A DNA stretch of 64,000 nucleotides, taken from NCBI GenBank assembly GCA_036785375.1, contig JAWMAR010000243.1, positions 1,364,001 to 1,428,000 of the forward strand, read 5' to 3'. The notes beneath the pieces are model-generated. The model made no database searches and was not told the DNA's origin. It was given only the letters and a program-made list of their open reading frames with translations. Shown here one piece after another: positions 13,324-24,499 of this stretch. The stretch comes from Leucoraja ocellata (lineage: Eukaryota). Made by a program: the position numbers and the translations under genes. The number at the start of each line of letters is the position of its first letter. The first letter of the stretch is position 1.

Positions 13324-13384
13324 GAAGGCCTCTAGATGGCAGTAAATTGGAAGGCCTCTAGACAGCACTAAATTGGAAGGCCTC
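13324..13384. repeat. 26-bp tandem repeat x2.3
   Basis: GAAGGCCTCTAGA(T/C)(G/A)GCA(G/C)TAAATTG. Confidence 0.8.
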
Positions 13385-14161
13385 ACATTCATTCTCTGGT
13401 CACTGCTGTGTTTGCTGAGAGGTGAGAGATGGACACAAACATTCTGGGTTGAGGGCAGGTCACCATTGCATAGGGTCGAGGCCTAGATATGAGGCTCCAT
13501 AAGGAAACGGACTGCTCAGGTCACACACAGAGAGAATTGCAAATTAGGCAAGGAATGGGGAGAATATCACTCAATAACCACAAGTTGCATTAACACAGCA
13601 CCTTTTAAACATGAAACATCTCCATGCACTTTACATGAACTTCACAGACATGACTTTAAAGCTTATGAAAAGCTATTGAGGCAAATGCTAAGTGACCCAG
13701 TTGTTGCGGCAGACTTATTGAGGATCTGAAAGGATAAAAGAGAGGGGTTTAGGAGGGAGTTCCAGGGCTTAGCATCGAAACAACTGAAGAAATGCCAGTC
13801 AAAGGGGAAGTGGTTAACCTGGAGCTCAGGAGGCCGGAGATGAAGGAACACAGATCTTTATCTGCGCTCGACTGCAGATAGTTATTGTGTGGTGTTACCA
13901 CGTGGGATCTAAAAATAAGGATCAGGACTTTTAAATAGATCCAGTCAATGAAAATGGGAATGCTGAATGATTGGGAGATGGCTGGAGGTCTGAGCATAAT
14001 ATTAGAGGGGAAAGATAGTAAATCAAGCAAGAGAATCAAAGATTAGAGGCAACAAACTACGAATGAGTTTTCAGCAATAAATGACGTTGAATCCAAAGAG
14101 GAATTAGCACGTTTTTTAACATAATAAAGGATTGAAAAAATGTGCGTTATCCTGGTCTTAC

Positions 14162-14265
14162 CTTGATACCTCATCCCAGCTTTTCTTGAGTCTGTGGACA
14201 GAGTTGCATTGTAGAGCAGAGAGGATGGCTCGTAGCGAGGAGAAATTTTTGAAGATTCTGCACTC
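14162..14265 (-). CDS. RALGDS: RALGDS exon 8 (104 nt) [35 protein letters not shown]
   Basis: RasGEF motif NFSSL.AILSALQ...RLKK.W; GT-AG. Confidence 0.95.
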
Positions 14266-14805
14266 CTGTGACAAAGGGAAGGAAAGATTGAAGATGGATC
14301 ATAAAAGGAATATTTTCTTTTCAACACAGAAGCCTTGTATGTGGACATTTGCCCTCGCTTGATTATTCTGAACACACATGGTTAATAACAGTGGTTGCTG
14401 TGCTTCCAAACTTTAAATCAGAGTGATTAAGAGGCCACAGCTTGTGACTGAGAGTCACAGAGAGATTTCCATTCCTTATTGTTCGACTTTTTCACACAAT
14501 ATCCCATTGTGCGTCCTCACCCCAGCAGCTCAGTAGGGAAAAGCATTCAACTCCTAGTGGAGTCATCAAACCACCTGGCCTGGCTATGTCAGCCCTTTAC
14601 TCACTCACTCAGGGAGCTAGTGGATTAGGATTACGTTTATTATTTTCATGTGCACCGAGGTACAGTGAAAAGCTATGTTTTCCAAGCAGATCTGGTATAC
14701 TCTATATAAACACAATCAAGTTAAAGCCAAGTACACTAGATAATGCAATGGGGAAGTTACAAATTGCAGAATATAGTGATGCATCGGTTCCACAGTGTTT
14801 ATTAT

Positions 14806-15168
14806 AGACAATAGGTGCAGGAATAGGCCATTTGGCCCTTCGAGCCAGCACCGCCATTCAATATGATCATGGCTGATCATCCCCAATCAGTACCCCATTC
14901 CTGCCTTCTCCCCATATCCCCCGACTCCGCTATTTTTAAGAGCCCTATTTAGCTCTCTCTTGAAAGCATCCACAGAACCTGCCTCCAACCCCCTCTGAGG
15001 CAGAGAATTCCACAGACTCATCACTCTCTGTGAGAAGAGGTGTTTCCTCGTCTCCGTTCTAAATGGCTTATTCCTTATTCTTAAACTGTGGCCCCTGGTT
15101 CTGGACTCCCCCAACATCGGGAACATGTTTCCTGCCTCTAGCGTGTCCAAGCCCTTAACAATCTTATG
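14806..15168 (-). mobile_element. CR1 LINE 3' end
   Basis: GESRTRGHSLRIRNKPFRTE...LWNSLPQ; TAGACAA tail. Confidence 0.9.
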
Positions 15169-15530
15169 AGGGAAGTTCATTGAAAAGTGGAAAGTGCTGG
15201 TGGCGTTGGGTGTGTAGAATAAGGTATGGGCAGCACAATGGAGATGGGGTTTCACGAGGTTAAAGCTCCAGGAACATCTCCAACCAGAGTTGGCAACTTA
15301 AGCTCTGGGCTGTAATGGAGATATGGTGACTTATCCAGATATTGCCATATAACCATATAACAATTACAGCACGGAAACAGGCCATCTCAGCCCTACAAGT
15401 CCATGCCGAACATGTTCACTGACTCCTCTTAGACTGGGGCTCCACCGTTTGCGATGGTCATGAATGCCTTTCCAATACAATCATGGTGCTTAGAAATATT
15501 TCTCATACACCTGCCTCACTTCTAACTTAC

Positions 15531-15746
15531 CCTGGCCACATCAATCCATCGCTCTATGATCTTGGCTCTGTGTTGAGGCTTCAACGTCTTGTCACTCAAA
15601 CAGGTTGCAATGACACAGTTGGTGACCCGGTTAAACTGTGTGACGGTGGCACGTATTGTTGGTGCCACATGTTCCTTCCCCTTCTTATCCCTCTGGGACC
15701 AGATGCTTCCCAGGCAGTGATATGGAACTACTTTCTTGAACAACTC
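15531..15746 (-). CDS. RALGDS: RALGDS exon 7 (216 nt) ELFKKVVPYHCLGSIWSQRDKKGKEH...WIDVAR
   Basis: Near-identical to recalled RALGDS; GT-AG. Confidence 0.96.
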
Positions 15747-16191
15747 CTGCACAAAAGAAATACAAACTCATAACCTGAACATCCAGAAAACAGACCAATC
15801 ATAGAAAATCAACAATCCTCTGTACGTTAATTTATTTGAATAATTGTGAATTTCAGTGCATTCTAGAGGGGCGGACTAGTCTACATGTGTCCAATGAAAG
15901 TGATCAAATTCATGCCCCAGGGCGGAGCCTGATACAGTTGGCATGAATGTGACAATGCATATCTCCCTCTAAACTGGGAAATCTTACAGGGCCACCACAA
16001 CCAAGCGTGCTCCATGAACTAGCCCACCCTAGGGAGCTCAAAATTGTCAGATATTCAACCTTTGTATCCCTCTGCCTGCTTAAATACAACGTGAAAATAT
16101 TCATTCAGCTGGGTAAGTTGGCGCTATAGAAAGTTAACAACATTGAATCTAATCCACAAAGTGCAACAGAGAAAACTACCTAGTGTTGGAA

Positions 16192-16418
16192 GAAGGTAGA
16201 CAAAAATGCTGGAGAAACTCAGCAGGTGCAGCAGCATCTCTGCAGCAAAGGAAATAGGCAATGTTTCGGGCCAAAACCCTTCCTCAGTCAGAAGAAGGGT
16301 TTTGGCCCGAAACGTTGCCTATTTCCTTCGCTCCAGAGATACTGCTGCACCCGTTGAGTTTCTCCAGCACTTTTGTCTACCTTTGATTTTCCAGCATCTG
16401 CAGTTCCTTCTTAAACAA
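16192..16418. mobile_element. Palindromic Penelope-derived element, same family
   Basis: ~95-bp inverted arms; 13-bp TSD AGTGTTGGAAGAA (16182-16194, 16419-16431). Confidence 0.75.
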
Positions 16419-16684
16419 AGTGTTGGAAGAACTCAGTGGGTCAGGCAGGATCTGAGGAGGGAATGGATAGACGACATTTTGGGTCGGGCCCTCAGATGCT
16501 GCCTGAGTTCCTCCAGCACCTTGTGTCTCCAAAGAGAGAAACGCAGTACACTATAAATTAATTTAAAGTTCAAGCCAATAGTTCCTCCGGGACACAGGAA
16601 TGGGAGATGATTTCTCATTGCCAATCAACGAATCATCTCTGTGCTTTCACAGTCGGGTAAGCGACAAGCCTCATGTCCACTCAC

Positions 16685-16806
16685 CGCGTCCATTAAGGTG
16701 AACTGTTCGGCCACCACATTGGCAACAAAGGAGAGGAAGTCAGGCTTTGGCTCTTCAAAACCGTTCTCCTCAACCATCGTGAAGGTACAGCTACGGTGAT
16801 CTGCCG
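16685..16806 (-). CDS. RALGDS: RALGDS exon 6 (122 nt) ADHRSCTFTMVEENGFEEPKPDFLSFVANVVAEQFTLMDA
   Basis: VAEQFTLMDA starts the CDC25 domain; donor GCG|GTGAG; an alternative in-frame acceptor lies 6 nt downstream. Confidence 0.88.
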
Positions 16807-17085
16807 CTGTGAACACAACACAAGATATAGTCAGCATTCATCAGCTATCCACTACACCGTCAGGTCAGGAGTGACAGGTTAGGTTCTCAACTGTCTCCTA
16901 CTAGTCCAATCTGTTCACCACTGACAGCTATGTCTTCAACTGTCTGTCCCGAGAATTCACTCCCCAGTCCCTTTTGCCTCTCCCAATTTCTCGTTCTTTA
17001 AAGTACTCTTTGAAAAACATCTCTTCTCGTTTAGTTTAGAGATAAAGCATGGAAACAGGTCATTCAGCCCAAGCCCACGCTGACC

Positions 17086-17483
17086 AGGCACGGAAATCGC
17101 TATCAAAACATGCGGGGGACACAATTTCTTGGCGGCCACTCGCGTGCATGCGCGCACACACACACACACATACACGCGAGACTTCGGCCGTGGCCCCTGT
17201 GGACAGTAACATCGGGAGTTGACCTGGTCGGTGACTGACTCCGAACTCCAGCAACAGCAGCTTCGTCCGCCCTGAATCGTGGGACTTGAATCGGCCCGTT
17301 CGCGGGGTCTTTCATCGGCCGACGGGGGCCTCATCATCGTGAGCCTCGATGCAGCAGTTTCATTTTAAGCCGCGCCGGTCGCTGAAAGACCCTGCAAATG
17401 GGCCGATTCAGCCCTTGGAAAGCGTTTGATAAAGTCCGGATTACAAAACATGGGGCGGGGGGGGGTGGGAATCGTCCCACACC
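17086..17483. mobile_element. CpG-rich DNA-transposon-like insertion with (CA)n, inside a V-SINE
   Basis: Abrupt GC/CpG shift splitting the SINE tail (17030-17085) from its body (17484-17675); right terminus not evident. Confidence 0.5.
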
Positions 17484-18744
17484 TCTCCATACACACTCGG
17501 ACCAATTTCACAGAGTCCAATCAACCTACAACCCCACAATTCTTTGGGATGTGGGTGGAAAGCCACGAGGTCACAGGGAGAATGTGCAAACTCCACATAG
17601 ACAGCACCCAAGGTCAGGATCGAACCCGGGCCTTTGGCTGTGAGGCAGTGGCTCTACTAGCTTCACTACCGTTCCACCTGGACGTGGCCTTAAAATCTTA
17701 TTTATCTGCTGAAATTGTTGGAAATTCCTTGTAGATCAGACAGAAAAACAGAGTTAACATTTATAGTCGATTTTTATGGAAAACCATCAACCTGAAATAT
17801 AAGCACTTTATCTATCTCCAAAAATGCTACCAGACCTGCTGAGTCTCTAGCATTTTTTCTTTTAGGATTTCACAATATTATAGTTTTTTGATTCAAATCT
17901 CTTTGCCTTGCACAGTCCCATGAGTTTGATAACATTCTTGGGATGTTGAAAGCAATCGGTAAACATGAGTTGCAGTTATTCAACTTTTTAGAAACCATTG
18001 CAAGCAAAATAATTGGAAACAGACTGGGCAGGCAATAACTGCTGCCACAGAACACATGGATATATGGTGTTCAGCACATTGCAAGCAGCGTGTTGCTGGA
18101 TTCGCAGAAACACACAATAGCCGGGACGAGAACATTGTGGAGATTATTTACATACACAGAAGCAATAACATATCTTTTGTTCTTGTCTGTATTTCTAGCT
18201 TCACACCATCTCTCATGTTTCATATTTCCTCGTGACATTGACTGTTTGGCCTGTTAACTCTTTGCTGCTTTCAAAGTAATCCCATCAATCGCAGTATCTA
18301 AATTATTCCCGCTCACGCTCCCATCAGCTACACTGTTAGATCCAGTTGGGGCAGTTTAAGGTGCCTAATGAATCTACCAACCAGCAAGTGGCTGAATGGG
18401 GAAGGAAACCAGAGCACCTGGAGTAAACCCACTTGGAGAAGATGCAAACTCCATCGTCAACACCAAAGGTCTATATCGATCCAGGATTACTGACGTTGTG
18501 ATGTTGCACCAAACCCCACAGAGTCTCCTCCCTGTAACCCTCTTTATCATTGTGAGGGTGAGTGGTGGTGGTGGTCGCCAACAGTCATCTTATACCCACT
18601 GCCAGGAAGTAATATTACACGTGAGAGACTGTACGTGCCAGGAGAAAGTGAACGTGTTGTGGCCCCTTTCTCTTGAAAGGTGCAGACAGTGAAGGTGTGC
18701 AGGGTGGTGTTTGGGGGTGTGGGCATGGTGCTGCAAGAACCTAC

Positions 18745-18935
18745 CTTGAACAAGGTCCAGCTCTTTGTGCCTTTGGAATGAGCCAAGAAGGACATGAGCA
18801 CGGCGTTGCAGATCCGAACCTGGAAACATCTGATGGATGTAAGTGTAGAGATGCTTCAAGCAGGAATAATCCGGTGGCTTCCTGAAATCTTCAGAATACT
18901 GATCGAGCCAGGCTCCAAGAATGTTTGAAATGGTA
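18745..18935 (-). CDS. RALGDS: RALGDS exon 5 (191 nt) TISNILGAWLDQYSEDF...PGSDLQRRAHVLL
   Basis: WLDQYSEDF motif; acceptor ttcttccag, donor G|GTAGG. Confidence 0.93.
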
Positions 18936-19667
18936 CTGGAAGAAGAATACAAAAAACATGTGAACACCTGGCGATGAATGACCAATGCTTTATGACAAAC
19001 AGCAAACGGCTGTATTACCATGGCTCGTTGGCTGGCTGAAGGGCATATTTCGTGCTGTACAGCTCAATGACTATGATTCATTGACAGGTAAAAATCCTGC
19101 CCCTCTTACCTATCCCAACTCATGCCGGGCTCCTTCACACTAAAGGGTTGACTTGTAATTGCCTTCTGAAATAGTCATGCGACCATCTTGGTTCAGGGTA
19201 AAATGAGCGATGCAGAAAGAAATGCTGCCTTAGCCTCGCGAATAAATAATAAACATTTCCATGGATAGCCGAGCACTGGCTGTAGAGGGTAAAGGAAGTT
19301 TGTCTACCTCGTCTCTCCCACTGACTAAACTGGCTTGCATGGAATTCATTCCTTACAACCACCAGAGGTAGGTATAGAATTTTTTCCCCGTACCAAAGAA
19401 AAACAAAGCCCAATCGTCAGAGCATCTGTTTATGTATGAGCAAAGGTCAATGAGAATTAAACTGCTTCCAAAGAACATCAAAGTTACAGCCCACATCTAA
19501 GCAGATGCCAATCCCCTCAACACTCACTAGCACAGCACAAATGTGCAAAGCAAGAAAACTTGGCACCTAGAAATAGCCCCCCCCTCAAAAATAACAATCA
19601 TTCTCATTTGACAGTACTGTTCTTTTCAGAATGCAACAAGTTTTAGCAAAAACTGTTACTCAGTATT

Positions 19668-20191
19668 AGACAATAGACAATAGGCGCAGGAGTATGCCAT
19701 TCGGCCCTTCGAGCCAGCACCACCATTCAATGTGATCATGGCTGATCATCCACAATCAGTACCCCGTTCCTCCCTTCTCCCCATATCCCCTGACTCTGCT
19801 ATTTTTAAGAGCCCTATCTAGCTCTCTCTTGAAAGCTTCCAGAGAACCTGCCTCCACCTCCCACAGAGGCAGAGAATTCCACAGACTCACCACTCTCTGT
19901 GAGAAAAAGTGTTTCCTTGTCCCCGTTCTAAATGGCTTACTCCTTATTCTTAAACTGTGGCCCCTGGTTCTGGACTCCCCCAATTGGGACCATGTTTCCT
20001 GCCTCTAGCGTGTCTAAGCCCTTAACAATCTTATATGTTTCAATGAGTTTCCTCTCATCCTTCTAAACTCCAGAGTGTACAAGCCCAGCTGCTCCATTCT
20101 CTCAGCAAATGACAGTCCCACCTTCCCGGGAATTAACCTTGTAAACCTACGCTGCACTCCCTCAATAGCAAGAATGTCCTTCCTCAAATTC
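19668..20191 (-). mobile_element. CR1 LINE 3' fragment
   Basis: LRKDILAIEGVQRRFTRLIPG...GESRTRGHSL; (TAGACAA)2 tail. Confidence 0.9.
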
Positions 20192-20244
20192 TGAGATAAA
20201 TGATTAATAATGCTGTAGAAGTATTGGTACACAAAAGGCCTTAC

Positions 20245-20316
20245 TTTTTCAATTCCATCCTGTCATCAGGTGTAAGTTTAGAAACATCTCCATTCATTTG
20301 ATGCAAATTTCCATAT
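20245..20316 (-). CDS. RALGDS: RALGDS exon 4 (72 nt) YGNLHQMNGDVSKLTPDDRMELKN
   Basis: Acceptor tttcttacag, donor AA|GTAAG; phase 2/2 bridges exons 3 and 5; YG...LKN conserved. Confidence 0.85.
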
Positions 20317-21103
20317 CTGTAAGAAACATGAGAGATTTAAACAAATGAGTTCAGGTTATATGAAGGGAAAACAATTTGATGAGACTGAATATCCAGTTAC
20401 TGTAGCTTCTCATTCTAAAGGACTGGGGTTTGATCCCATCTCTCTGCTGGATCAGCTGGTGATGCACCATGTACATTCCAGGGGGGTTTGAGTAATGGCC
20501 TGAGGGTTTCTGCTGGGCCACTTGTGCTGGGTCAAGAGAGGACAGACTCAGACTGGAGTGCAGTTTCGCCATCCAATACTTCAGCCAAATAACCATGCTC
20601 AATGCGACAAAGCCAGATTTTAGCTTTACTGGTGAGCTATAGAGTGAGCAGAACTGTCACAATGGGAATGCCGGCTCTTGCTTAGCCCTCCACACTTAAT
20701 AAACTAAAGGACACCATGCCTCCGAGTCTTTCATCAGCTCTTTACCAGAGAAGCTGCAGGGGTAACTCGATTGAATTTGCCAGTGACAAAAATTAGCTGA
20801 GTTAATTACACTCAGGCTCCACACATCTCTTCATTGTAACGTTCTATTCCTTTCTGCCTCAAGTATTTCCCTTCAATACATTTGCTTCAGCTCGACATGT
20901 AAGTGCTCCTTGGGAAGAGCTTTCCCCTTAATTTACTTTTAATGACTTGCTTTTATTTAGGTCCCCCTCTATCTCATCTCTTTACAAGCACAAATTAACT
21001 TTATGTTAAGCCTATCGAATCTTCACACGGCTTAACGGCCTCTATTGAGTCACCGTCCCCAGCTGTCCCCGCCCTAGGGAACAGGCCAGCCCGCTGCAGT
21101 CAC

Positions 21104-21297
21104 CTGTTGAGCAGTAGGTCCAACACTTGTTTGGTTGATGCGAAGGCCCTGTAAGTGCAGAGGAAGATGGTGACGTAGGTGGAGTCATTGCCTTTAAAGG
21201 CCGACACCAGGTATTCCACGAGTTTCTCCAGGGTCCCGGCCTTGATGGTCCGAATTTTGCACGTTTCGTACAGATTCATGGCAGACTCATTCTCCAC
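21104..21297 (-). CDS. RALGDS: RALGDS exon 3 (194 nt), REM domain VENESAMNLYETCKIRTIKAGTLEKLV...LDLLLNR
   Basis: ORF track hit; CAG acceptor, AG|GTGAC donor. Confidence 0.95.
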
Positions 21298-22519
21298 CTG
21301 TTAAGAAGAAGCAGAGGCATGTCATGGGGGTACAAGGCAACTGTGGATGATGGAATCGTGAGCAAAACACAGACTGCTGGAGGAACTCAGCCGGTCAGTC
21401 AGTATCGGTGAAGAAAATGAACAGGTGAAGAAGTTTTGGGTCGAGACCCTTCTCCAATCTAAAGAAGAGTCCCAACCCAAAACGTCACCTGTCCATTCCC
21501 GATAGAGATGCTGCCTGACCTGCTAAGTGCTTCCAGTGCCTTGTGAGATGTACATCATGTTAGGATGCAAGGGACCCAGGGTTAAAAGCATTAAACTGTA
21601 GACAAGACATTCAGAACTGAACGCCCTGATATCACTGCTGTTGGAATGGCCTGGGACAAGGTCAGCTTCTTGCCCGCTGCTACATGCTACATTGCATAAA
21701 CAACAACAAAACATTATTACAGCCCTAAATGCCAGCTCCCATGATGACTCGGGCAAAATTATCCAGGGAGGGGCTGAGTAACACAAGCCAATCAGCCAAA
21801 ATGCAACATGAAAGTAAGCTAGAAATTCCAGTGTAAGTAATACAAATGGCCAGACGCACACAGCCAAGAGCATATATTGAGGGAGAAACAGTGGATAGAG
21901 TCACAGAGCCATGAGGCATAAAAACAAGCCCTCAGCCCAACTCATCCATGCCGACCAAAATGCTCAATCTAAGCCAGTCCCATTTGCCTGTGTTTGGGCA
22001 AACCTTTCCTATCCATGTACCTGTCCAAATGTTTTTAAAATGCTGTTATTGTACCTGCCTCAACTAGCTGGTCTGGCAGGTCCTCCTGTATACCCATCAC
22101 CCTCTGTGTGGACAAAGTTGCCCTTCAGGTTCCTATTAAATCTTTCCTCTCACGTTTAAAAACACCCCTGGACTATCTGTGATCAGACTTTACTGGCTTT
22201 ATCTTGCACTAAACATTGTTCCCTTTATCATGTATCTGTACACTGCGGATGGCTCGATTGTAATCATCTGTGGTTTTCTTGCCGACTCGTTAGCACGCAA
22301 TACAATCCAGGTTTTCAATGTACCGTGATACAGGTGACAATAAACTAAACTAAACTAAACTACGCTCTCTAGTTTTTTGGTACCTCTATTCTGGGAAAAA
22401 TACATGATGCATTTATTCAGTCTGTTCACCTCATGATTTTATACACCTCTATAAGTTCACCCCTCGTTGTCCTGCGCTCCAAGGAATAAAGACCTAGCCT
22501 GCCCAAACTTTCCCAATAG

Positions 22520-23031
22520 CCTAACTGGCCTGATGGGCACCCGAAAAAGGGACCACATCACCCCGATCTTGGCCTCTCTCCACTGGCTCCCTGTGCGGTT
22601 CCGTATACATTTCAAGACCCTCCTCTATGTTTACAAAGCCCTCAATGGGCTTGCCCCCCTCCTACATTAAAAGTCTTCTCACCCACCACTCCACCTCCAG
22701 GTCCCTCAGATCGGCCGAACTGGGGCTGCTGAATATCCCGCGGTCTAGGCATAAGCTTAGGGGCGACCGCGCCTTTGCGGTTGCAGCCCCTAGACTGTGG
22801 AACAGCATCCCCCTTCCCATCAGAACTGCCCCCTCCATCGACTCCTTTAAGTCACGACTAAAAACATATCTATACTCCTAAGCCTTTCCCGACGTCCACT
22901 GAGCGAGGGCTATATGTATATATGTATGTAGTTTGTTTGTTTATACTATTCTTATAACAAATGTAAAGCACTTTGGCCAACGAGAGTTGTTTTTTAAATG
23001 TGCTATATAAATAAATGTGACTTGACTTGAC
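22520..23031 (+). mobile_element. L2-clade LINE 3' end
   Basis: DHITPILASLHWLPVRFRIHFK...RGDRAFAVAAPRLWNSIP...FKSRLKTYLY (one frameshift); 3'UTR ending AATAAA and (GACTT)n. Confidence 0.88.
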
Positions 23032-23258
23032 CCTAGTCCTGGCCACATCCTCACACGCAACCTCAGCGCTCCTTCCACACACAGGTGTGACAGAAATGCA
23101 AATGTATCGCTTGTTCTTCTACACCTTTGTCTTTAATGATGACTCAAAGCAATTATTTTGAATGTTGTTGATAATAACCATGAGCGGGTTACTGGTGGGA
23201 ACTGGCGGAGTTGAGGGGTGGTCCCGGCACTGTGGGATTTTGGTAGTGATGTACTTAC

Positions 23259-23369
23259 CCCAAGCCATCGTTGTCCTTTGCTCGCTGTGTGGTGCACCTG
23301 CACCCTCCTCAGCGTTATGGTATAGATTGCACCGTCTTCTGTCTCCTCACCAATCTCCTGCGCTGCGCT
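23259..23369 (-). CDS. RALGDS: RALGDS exon 2 (111 nt) SAAQEIGEETEDGAIYTITLRRVQVHHTASKGQRWLG
   Basis: Acceptor ttacag, donor GGG|GTAAGT; QEIGEE and KGQRWLG motifs. Confidence 0.93.
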
Positions 23370-23636
23370 CTGTAAGGCAAATACACCTTTGACTACAATG
23401 CCCCATGTAACCTTCAGCTCTTATGAATAAAAGCAGAACATGCTGCAAGCTCTCAGCAGCTCAGGCAGTATCTGTGAAGAGCAAAGCAGAGAGAGCATTT
23501 CAGGTTGATGGCCTTTCTTGGAAATGCTGCCAAACCTGTCGTGTATCTCCCGCAGTTTCTGTTTTTCGTTTTGGGATTTCCAACATCTTAGTTATTTGCT
23601 TTTTGAAGTCAGCAGACACACCGCTCAGCAGTATGT

Positions 23637-23801
23637 TTAAGAAGGAACTGCAGATGCTGGAAAAATCGAAGGTACACAAAAATGCTGGAGAAACTCAGCG
23701 GGTGCAGCGGCATCTATGGGTTTCGGCCCGAAACGTTGCCTATTTCCTTCGCTCCATAGATGCTGCTGCACCCGCTGAGTTTCCCCAGCATTTTTGTGTA
23801 C
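23637..23801. mobile_element. Palindromic Penelope-derived element, centre partly deleted
   Basis: Inverted arms; 16-bp TSD CC(G/A)CTCAGCAGTATGT (23621-23636, 23802-23817). Confidence 0.72.
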
Positions 23802-24342
23802 CCACTCAGCAGTATGTCTCATTGGGAAACTCTGCTGATTCTTTTTCCATTCATTCCCAGCCCTGGATACTGAAGCCATGTGTAGGCAAGAAGACACAAA
23901 GCACTGGAGCAACGCAGCGGGCTAGGCTGCATCCCCGGAGGATTTGAGACAGTAACGTTTGGGTTGGGACCCTTCTTCAGAGTCTGCATCTGCAGTTTCT
24001 TGTGAACTCACACAGTGCAGCCACTGTGCCCAGAGAACAGTGACACGGGTTGTTGGGACACAGTGGGAACTGCTACCGACCGGGAGATGGTTACCCTCTG
24101 TAACCATGTAGCCAGGCAGCCCAGTTGCATTTGTTTTCCTACTCATTGCCGCAGCCTGAATGTTTTGGAGAGAGCTGTTTTCTTTCAAGCGCTGACATCT
24201 GATTAGAGGCTAAACCTTAAATCAAAACAACACTACTTACATCTACTGTCAGCTTGTGACAAAAGGCAGTTTAGAAGCACAGGCATCCCTCAAGCTTTAA
24301 ATGATGAACCAAAGCACTGATGCAATGATGTACTGGATCAAT

Positions 24343-24499
24343 TTAGTTAGATAGAGCTCTAGGGGCTAGTGGAATCAAGGGATACGGGGAGAAGGCAGGC
24401 ACGGGTTATTGATTGGGGACGATCAGCCATGATCACAATGAATGGCGGTGCGAAGGGCCGAATGGCCTCCTTCTGCACTTATTTTCAATGTTTTCTATG
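24343..24499 (+). mobile_element. CR1 3' tail
   Basis: GATCAGCCATGATCA..GAAGGGCCGAATGGCCT 3'UTR. Confidence 0.8.

Noticed and set aside
13324-13384. Short direct repeats as a CRISPR-like array
   Set aside because: Vertebrate DNA; contiguous tandem units without unique spacers.
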